A stretch of DNA of 32,000 nt. Source: Cupriavidus necator (GTDB taxonomy: Bacteria > Pseudomonadota > Gammaproteobacteria > Burkholderiales > Burkholderiaceae). The notes beneath the pieces were generated by a model that saw only the letters and a program-made list of their open reading frames with translations, was not told the DNA's origin and made no database searches. Position numbers and translations under genes: made by a program. Positions 25,961 to 32,000 of this stretch are shown piece by piece (position 1 is the first letter of the stretch; every line of letters begins with the position of its first letter). The DNA is taken from NCBI RefSeq assembly GCF_016127575.1, contig NZ_CP066018.1:1470001-1502000 (forward strand), written 5' to 3'.

Positions 25961-27313
25961 TCAGCCAACAGCTGACGACTTCGCGGCTTCCACCGGATCT
26001 CTGTCAGGAAACACAGTAATAAATGGAGCGCCGTCAGGAACCAAAAGCCGGCGGGACTTAAGACAGAACGGCAATACCCATAGCCGCAGGCCCTCTACTT
26101 TGGGGAACTCGAACACCGGGACTGGCCGCTCAAACGAGGCGGTTTTCGGGTAGATCAAGACGACATCCCCCCTACCGCTCAGGTAGCTCTGACCATAGGC
26201 CTGCAGTTGGTAGAAGTCACTTTGCGAGAGGCCGTACTTGTCCGTGCCATTCGCTTTCATCCCGTCCAGCAGTTTCCACTTGGTATCCAGTACCAGCAAG
26301 TCCCGGTCTGCATTCCGGATCAGCAAATCGGGCTTCAGCCGGAACCAGTTCTGTTCACGATGGCGAACCAGGTGATGACTACGAGCCTGTGATTTCAGGA
26401 TCAGCGGTCGGGCCAGCTGTTTCGCCAGGTGCTTGGCGACGAATGCCTCGAATACAGCCTCCATCGGGAACAGCATCGACGGCGCACAGTGCGCGCCGGC
26501 GCCAGTCAAAGGCGATTCCTCGTCGAGGATGAGCCGCGCCCAGGCCAGCGCGTCAGCGTAATAACCCATGCCACGGTCCAGCCTCACCCGCTGAAAGTCG
26601 ATCTGAGGCTGTGCGGAAACTGGTACCTCCGCGAACACGAACGCCAGCTCGCGGGCCAGTTGGTTGAGCTGCGAAGCAGATAACTCCAATACACGCCGCA
26701 ATGCGGCATGCAAAAGGCGATTCTCTGGACGGTCGATTGTGAACTCGTCGTGGTCGGTGAAGAATCGGTCGGCCCGATACAGGTTTTGCTGCAAATGCGG
26801 CGCGATCAACAGCTTACCCCTCAGGGCATAGAGGTTGTCTTGGCGGCTTGAATAGTCGCTGCGCAGCCCACGCTTTACGATGTGGTCAACGGCGCGCAGG
26901 AATTCTGCAACGAAGACCTCCAACAATGGCATCCGCGCTGCCGAAATGTTGGCGCTGTCGGTTTTAACGTGGCGGAAGCCCTGGAGGCAGCAGAGCATTT
27001 CAATCAGAAGCTTACGCGCCTCGACGGCGCCGCCGCCGATCGCCTTGCCGACCTTGGGCAACACCTCGATCTGGAAGCCGTCCGGTGCGCGGATCACGCC
27101 AACAAAACTGGTCACTTGAACGACACGACGCCCGCGGCGCTGGGCCAGGCGCAGCCATGCCGCCTCCCCTTGCTCGGCAGCCCGCAAGCACTGGTCTTCA
27201 AGCCACCCGTAGACCGCATCCGGGACGGCGTGCAAGCCCTCGGTACCTGCAACGCCCGCCGTCGCCGCGATCAGCGTCTCGAATTCGAAAATCGTGATGC
27301 CGTTCACTTGCAT
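25961..27313 (-). CDS. mcrC: McrC-like nuclease subunit
   Basis: The ATG at 27313 (MQVNGITIFEFE...) lies 8 nt after the McrB stop; the listed TTG at 27325 is an alternative. VTSFVGVIRAPDGFQIEVLPKVGK is the typical McrC N-terminal pattern. The C-terminal PD-(D/E)xK core is KPDLLIRNADRDLLVLDTKWKLL. Confidence 0.8.
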   Translation of the reverse strand: MQVNGITIFEFETLIAATAGVAGTEGLHAVPDAVYGWLEDQCLRAAEQGEAAWLRLAQRRGRRVVQVTSFVGVIRAPDGFQIEVLPKVGKAIGGGAVEARKLLIEMLCCLQGFRHVKTDSANISAARMPLLEVFVAEFLRAVDHIVKRGLRSDYSSRQDNLYALRGKLLIAPHLQQNLYRADRFFTDHDEFTIDRPENRLLHAALRRVLELSASQLNQLARELAFVFAEVPVSAQPQIDFQRVRLDRGMGYYADALAWARLILDEESPLTGAGAHCAPSMLFPMEAVFEAFVAKHLAKQLARPLILKSQARSHHLVRHREQNWFRLKPDLLIRNADRDLLVLDTKWKLLDGMKANGTDKYGLSQSDFYQLQAYGQSYLSGRGDVVLIYPKTASFERPVPVFEFPKVEGLRLWVLPFCLKSRRLLVPDGAPFITVFPDRDPVEAAKSSAVG

Positions 27314-27321
27314 CCCGAAGA

Positions 27322-29700
27322 TCAAGTCGACAAGGTCTGGTAGATGCCGATGTAGGCATCCAAATTCGAAAACGCGGCCTCCTGCAACGCGTACCGGCGC
27401 TTGGAGCCGTAGCTGTCCAATCCGTGGTCACTACCGAATAGGCGAGCCAGATCGTCCTCGTGATCCTGACTTTCCGCCACGAACTGTGCAGCTGCCGGCT
27501 TCTGATTGTCGGCGAGAACAAGACGAATCTTCTGCCAGTCCTCGAAGAAGTACTCTTCGAGCAGGGGCAGGATGCGCGTGCTGAACACCTGCTGCAGCGC
27601 CACCAGTCGTTCGTCGCCGTCAGGGAACTTAGCCAACGTCGTGAAGTATGCGTGGCCGATGCAATGGTCGCGGTCGTAGAGTGCCTCGACGCGCTGGTTG
27701 ATCGCATCGAGCATGCGCGGTACGTCGATCACCTGCTCGCCCAGGGTGACCCGCAGGCCCGCAAGCGGCGCGCCCGATTCATCGCGAGCATCCGGCATCA
27801 CCGGCACGAATTCGAACCGGCGACGGAGCGCGGTATCCAGTAGCGCCAGGGAGCGGTCTGCCGTGTTCATCGTGCCAATGATGTCGACATTCGATGGCAC
27901 AGAGAAGCCGTCGCCGGACGGCAAGGTCACCGAAACGGCGTTGTCGGCGCCTTCTCGCTTGTCAGGCTCGATCAAGGTGATCAGCTCGCCGAATATCTTG
28001 CTGATGTTGCCCCGGTTGATCTCGTCGATCACCATCGCGAATCGCTGATCCGGTGCCGATCGTGCTCTACGGCACAGTTCCTTGAAGACGCCCGCGCGAA
28101 TCTCGTACTGAATTTCGCCAGCCTCTGCGTCGCCATTGAGAACCGGCCGGAGCCCCTCGACGAACTCCTCGTAACCGTAAGACTGGTGGAAGGTGACGAA
28201 ACTGTAGCGCTGGACCTTACCTGATGCCGGCGCACCGATTTGGTAGGCCTTCACGGTTTCGATCACGTCCGCAACGGCTTCCTTCCAGTCGCCTGCAAAC
28301 TGCCAGACAGAGTCCGTTGTCTTGTCGAACACGGCGGGCGCGAGACGCATCTTGGTGTTGACGGTGTGTGAATCCTCGACCGTATGGTGTTGCAGTGTGC
28401 CCCAGAGCGTTTGCCTCACGTTCTGCTTGCGCCCCTTTGCTGCTGCAATTGCCTGAATGAACGGGTGCTCATATAGCTGACCCACTTTGGCCTTGCCGCC
28501 CAACTCATAGAGCGCAGCGGCGGCGCCTTCCCACCATGTCAGGGTAGCAATCCGAGTAGCAATCAACTGTTCTCGCCATTCCGCGTTGGACACGGCGGTC
28601 ATGGCCTGCTCGTACTCCCGCTTGAGCAATTTCGACAGCTCATAGGTCTTTCCCGTGCCAGGCGGACCGTAATAGATGCGGTTGATGGGTTGCCTCACCT
28701 CATCGTTATCGGCTGGCTCCTCCTCATCGGAGTCCTCTTCGGGCTCCACCGGGTCGTCTCGCAGTTCATCGGGCCACAGACCTGGACGCTCCGTGTCGAG
28801 CACCAGCCAGTCATCGAGTGAATCTCGCTCAGCCGACAGGGCTGCCTCGATATTCGCGACCAGCCGCTCCGTCAACGGCTCGCGGTGAAGCTTGGGCACC
28901 TCGCCCAGTTCCCGCGTCCATGAGATCTTCCGGATCCGGGTGCCCCGAATCACGCCGAGCACACCGACGGCGCGTTCGCTGCCAGGATTCTTGCGGCCAA
29001 AGCGCACCTGGACACCCTTGCCCATGTGCCACCAATCTAGACCGGCGGCGTGAACGACTCGCGCCAACCGACAGAATAACGCCTTGTCCTGGGCAGACCA
29101 TGAGGCGCGGAAGGTCCTGAACACTGGCTTGCCGTCGAAGTGCTTGAGCAGGTCCTCGTCGCTCAGCTTCTTGCCCAGGTTCAGCTTGACGACGACCTCG
29201 TCGTAGCGCAGCTTAAAGTTGCGGATCGCTTCAACACTCCACGCAACTAGTTGGTCCAGCGACTTCCCCAGTCCATCGGACGCTGGCAGTGTAGCGATGA
29301 AGGGGGACGTGTTGTTGTAGGCGCCACGCAGTGCTAGATAGGCCTTTCTCGTCGCGTCCAATTCGTCGAGCCCAACGGTATCGATCTTGACTACGAAGCC
29401 GTCATCGGCGCCGATGCCAACTGTGTAAGCCAACTCTTTCGGCGCCTCAGATGAAGGGTAGATTTTGGCCCAGTTGTAGCTGGCAAAGTTGTTGCCCTGG
29501 TTGGTCGGGCGCTTACGAATCTCGACGCGCCCGACAGGGAACAACTCGGCCTTAACCTTGTCCGCCCACGCCTCCGTCACCTCGTAGGCCTTCTTCAGAT
29601 CTTCATAAGCGCGGTTCTGCTCGGGGTTGGACTCGTCACGCTTCTGCCCCTTCCACTTGTTCAGCAGCTTGAAGTAGTCACTGGTGAAATAGTCAGCCAT
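27322..29700 (-). CDS. mcrB: McrB-family AAA+ GTPase with a non-canonical ~330-aa N-terminal region and an insertion inside the AAA+ domain
   Basis: Walker A is YYGPPGTGKTY. The McrB hallmarks are FHQSYGYEEFVEG, MVIDEINRGNISKIFGELITLIEPDKR and IIGTMNTADRSLALLDTALRRRFEF. An acidic linker (DDPVEPEEDSDEEEPADNDE) precedes the AAA+ domain. About 130 aa separate Walker A from the FHQSYGYEEF motif. Confidence 0.85.
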   Translation of the reverse strand: MADYFTSDYFKLLNKWKGQKRDESNPEQNRAYEDLKKAYEVTEAWADKVKAELFPVGRVEIRKRPTNQGNNFASYNWAKIYPSSEAPKELAYTVGIGADDGFVVKIDTVGLDELDATRKAYLALRGAYNNTSPFIATLPASDGLGKSLDQLVAWSVEAIRNFKLRYDEVVVKLNLGKKLSDEDLLKHFDGKPVFRTFRASWSAQDKALFCRLARVVHAAGLDWWHMGKGVQVRFGRKNPGSERAVGVLGVIRGTRIRKISWTRELGEVPKLHREPLTERLVANIEAALSAERDSLDDWLVLDTERPGLWPDELRDDPVEPEEDSDEEEPADNDEVRQPINRIYYGPPGTGKTYELSKLLKREYEQAMTAVSNAEWREQLIATRIATLTWWEGAAAALYELGGKAKVGQLYEHPFIQAIAAAKGRKQNVRQTLWGTLQHHTVEDSHTVNTKMRLAPAVFDKTTDSVWQFAGDWKEAVADVIETVKAYQIGAPASGKVQRYSFVTFHQSYGYEEFVEGLRPVLNGDAEAGEIQYEIRAGVFKELCRRARSAPDQRFAMVIDEINRGNISKIFGELITLIEPDKREGADNAVSVTLPSGDGFSVPSNVDIIGTMNTADRSLALLDTALRRRFEFVPVMPDARDESGAPLAGLRVTLGEQVIDVPRMLDAINQRVEALYDRDHCIGHAYFTTLAKFPDGDERLVALQQVFSTRILPLLEEYFFEDWQKIRLVLADNQKPAAAQFVAESQDHEDDLARLFGSDHGLDSYGSKRRYALQEAAFSNLDAYIGIYQTLST

Positions 29701-29706
29701 CGTTCT

Positions 29707-30420
29707 TTAGATTCCTTCAACATCGATTCCATGCTCGGCCAGCCAGGCCTTGCGTTGCGCATAGTCCGGCATGGCACGCTCCACTCGAAGCCAGAACGCA
29801 GGCGTGTGGTGCGGCTCATGCAGATGGGCAATCTCATGCACCACGACATACTCAGCGATGCGCGCCGGCAGCAGGATTGCCTTCCAGTGGAAGTACAGCC
29901 AGTCGCCCTTGCCACACGAACCCCAGCGATATCCAAGGTCCTGCACCTTGACGCCGGCAGGCGTCACCTCCATTCGCGACTGGTAGTCAGCTACACGCCC
30001 CGAAAGCCAGGCCTTGGCACGCTCGCCGTACCAGCGGATGAAATGCTCGCGCGCGGCGGGTAGGGCGTCACGGCGCAGACAAAAGCGGCCTCCATTCAAC
30101 TTCAGTGGCACATTCTGTTCATCGACCACCTTCAGCCGATGGCTGCGGCCGAGATACAAGAATCCCTCGCCTCCGACGAATTCCTTGCGCGGAACCTGGC
30201 GCTGCAAGCGGTCCTTCTCGGCCAGCTTGGTGTAGATCCAGAAGCGCTTCTCCAGCACGAATGCTCGCAGCGCGGCCTCGTCCACCTCCGGCGGTGCGCA
30301 GAGCATCAAGTCGCCACTGCGCTCCACGGTGATCTGCATAGTTCTGCGGCGCGCGCTCCGCTGGAGCGTGAACCGGAGGTCACCGATCTGAAGGCTTGGC
30401 AATTTCACCGGCGAAGGCAT
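29707..30420 (-). CDS. DUF45 / YgjP-like (M48-family) zinc metallopeptidase
   Basis: VVHEIAHLHEPHHTPAFWLRVERAMPDYAQRKAWL is the HExxH...HxxxFW signature of DUF45. The N-terminal FTLQRSARRRTMQITVERSGDLMLCAP pattern is typical. The ATG lies 4 nt downstream of the hsdR stop. Confidence 0.85.
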   Translation of the reverse strand: MPSPVKLPSLQIGDLRFTLQRSARRRTMQITVERSGDLMLCAPPEVDEAALRAFVLEKRFWIYTKLAEKDRLQRQVPRKEFVGGEGFLYLGRSHRLKVVDEQNVPLKLNGGRFCLRRDALPAAREHFIRWYGERAKAWLSGRVADYQSRMEVTPAGVKVQDLGYRWGSCGKGDWLYFHWKAILLPARIAEYVVVHEIAHLHEPHHTPAFWLRVERAMPDYAQRKAWLAEHGIDVEGI

Positions 30421-30424
30421 CGAA

Positions 30425-32000
30425 TCACACCTGCATCAGCTTGTCGTGGCTGGCGCGAGCCTGATCAATCAGCTTGTCGGCCAGCACACCGGCCCTGTCT
30501 GCATCTAACAGCGGTGGACGCAGGCGCATCAGATGCTCGAACAAGACACCGTCGCGAAGATTCTCCTGGTCTGGAATCTTGTTCGCGCTCCAGATCTTCG
30601 GGTTCTCCTTGAGCTCCTGCACCAGCAAGTCAACGAGCTCGACCGTCACGTCCTTCAGTCGAAGCAGTTCGGCCGACGTGGGCGTTTGCCCGGCGCACAC
30701 CACATCCAGTACGGTGCGCAGGAAGGGCGCGCAATGCTCAGGCAGGTCACCTGGAGTATTGTCGGAGCTAGCCTTTCCAGTGCGCAACTCGTCGATGATC
30801 TCCTGCAGCTGTGCGATAACCTCATTCCACTTCTCGCCGAGCGTCTTCAGGATGTCGTTCAGCCGCTCAGAGAGCTTGCGATACAGCACCGGATCTTCGT
30901 CCGTGTGCTTGCGGATATGCGAGCGGATCGCGTGTTCCATCTCCGAGGCCTTTGCGCGATCGTTGACGGTACGTGCAAGATGGGTGTCGAACTCGGCATC
31001 GGTCAGCTGGATCGGCGGGACCTTTGGATCGACACCTAGCGAGATTACGTGGTCGTCGATCAGCTTGCGCACCTTTGCGCCGACGTCTTTGCCCAGGACC
31101 GGCGTGTCCTTGTACCGGTTGCGCGCCCGGGCATAGATGTAGGCTAGCCGCTTCGCATCACCCGAGTACGGCAGCCCCTCGGGGCGCGGCAGTACCGTGT
31201 CAAGCGACGCCAGAAACGCCTTGAGCTTGACGGCGAACTCGGCCCGCAGCTTCTCGCTGCCCAGCGCTTCGACGCACGCCTCAGTGTCGTCCAGCGATTC
31301 AATGCCCCGTTGGCGGAACAGGTCTGCCACACGGAGATGCCGGTCGCGTAGCACCGGCACCTCGTCTTTCAGGCTGGCCAGCGCGCCTTCCACGTCCTCG
31401 TCCGCGTAGGCGGCGAGAGCTTCCTTCAGATGCTGGGCGACACCGTAGTAGTCCACCACGATGCCGCAACGCTTGCCGAAGCCTGTGCGGTTTACGCGGG
31501 CGATGGCCTGCAACAACTCCGCTTCGCGGATTGGCCTATCCAGGTACATCACGCCCTCGATAGGCGCGTCGAAGCCAGTGAGCAGCATTGACTTCACCAC
31601 CAGAAATGCGAGCGGATCGGTCTTCTCCGGCTTGGCATGGAACAGTGGCTTCTTGAATCGCTTAATCAGTTGGTCGTGAGCCGCGGCATCAGTCCAGTTT
31701 TTCCAGGCAGGATCGTCGTTATTGCTGCCGGAGATAATTGGTGCGAATTCGATGCGGGCCAATATGCCCTGGTAGCGCCAGGCTTGGACAACTGCCTGCA
31801 TCTTTGGCGAGCGCTGGCACAGGGCTTCGTCGTCCAGGGCCTTGTCTTCCGGGCTGAGCGCCTGCGCCTCTAGCAGCAGTTCGTCCCTGGCCCTCCTCAA
31901 GGCTCCGAAGTAGCGAATCGCCGCCAGCCGGCTGTACGCCACGACCTGTGCCTTGTAGCCGTTGGGCAATATGTTGGTGACGTAGTGGCGAATGATGTCA
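30425..32000 (-). CDS. hsdR: Type I restriction enzyme R subunit, C-terminal part (the N-terminus lies beyond the right window edge)
   Basis: The frame stays open upstream of the listed start through to position 32000 (...DIIRHYVTNILPNGYKAQVVAYSR...). Helicase motif VI-like QAIARVNR and a long helical C-terminal domain are typical of HsdR. Confidence 0.85.
   Translation of the reverse strand, partial: DIIRHYVTNILPNGYKAQVVAYSRLAAIRYFGALRRARDELLLEAQALSPEDKALDDEALCQRSPKMQAVVQAWRYQGILARIEFAPIISGSNNDDPAWKNWTDAAAHDQLIKRFKKPLFHAKPEKTDPLAFLVVKSMLLTGFDAPIEGVMYLDRPIREAELLQAIARVNRTGFGKRCGIVVDYYGVAQHLKEALAAYADEDVEGALASLKDEVPVLRDRHLRVADLFRQRGIESLDDTEACVEALGSEKLRAEFAVKLKAFLASLDTVLPRPEGLPYSGDAKRLAYIYARARNRYKDTPVLGKDVGAKVRKLIDDHVISLGVDPKVPPIQLTDAEFDTHLARTVNDRAKASEMEHAIRSHIRKHTDEDPVLYRKLSERLNDILKTLGEKWNEVIAQLQEIIDELRTGKASSDNTPGDLPEHCAPFLRTVLDVVCAGQTPTSAELLRLKDVTVELVDLLVQELKENPKIWSANKIPDQENLRDGVLFEHLMRLRPPLLDADRAGVLADKLIDQARASHDKLMQV

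Noticed and set aside
30474-31136. Plus-strand ORFs within hsdR (30474..31136, 30533..31039 and others)
   Set aside because: They are Ser/Arg-rich antisense shadows of the hsdR reading frame.
1-32000. Search for CRISPR arrays, tRNA/tmRNA genes, integrases, transposases or IS inverted repeats that could explain the mosaic structure
   Set aside because: I saw no regularly spaced short repeats, no cloverleaf-like sequences in the intergenic regions, and no ORF with recombinase or transposase motifs. This was an inspection by eye only, so small or degraded elements could have been missed.

Overview
This is a high-GC chromosomal segment that looks betaproteobacterial or Burkholderiales-like (inferred from composition and gene content). 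It is almost entirely accessory DNA. I found no rRNA, tRNA, CRISPR array, integrase or transposase.

Layout from left to right:
(1) 1-2819, minus strand: a degenerate T6SS effector cassette. It holds a fragment of a cell-wall-hydrolase-like effector, a truncated DUF4123 adaptor, and a VasX-like toxin that runs off the left edge.
(2) 3462-7363: a DUF218/YdcF-type membrane protein and an intact Cache-PAS-GGDEF-EAL c-di-GMP protein.
(3) 8442-10131: a lower-GC PAAR / hydrolase-like effector / secreted immunity cassette.
(4) 10670-18387: a translationally coupled four-gene SMC-like + Toprim operon with Wadjet (JetABCD / Mks-like) architecture and some atypical features.
(5) 18602-19996: a patchwork second copy of the DUF218 3' end and the GGDEF-EAL gene. 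Blocks 3 and 4 are therefore bracketed by direct repeats.
(6) 20922-25687: a lower-GC block. It carries an MrcB_N-HNH type IV restriction enzyme, an unrecognised soluble + 4-TM gene pair, and a Beta-protein-like gene. That last gene converges on, and overlaps, a PD-(D/E)xK (sce7726-like) gene.
(7) 25961-32000, minus strand: hsdR (partial), a DUF45/M48 peptidase, and a McrB-like GTPase with an unusual N-terminus plus McrC.

The best candidates for something undescribed are the 22141-23710 gene pair, the Beta-like / PD-(D/E)xK pair, and the atypical Wadjet-like operon. All family names come from motif recognition by eye, since no searches could be run.
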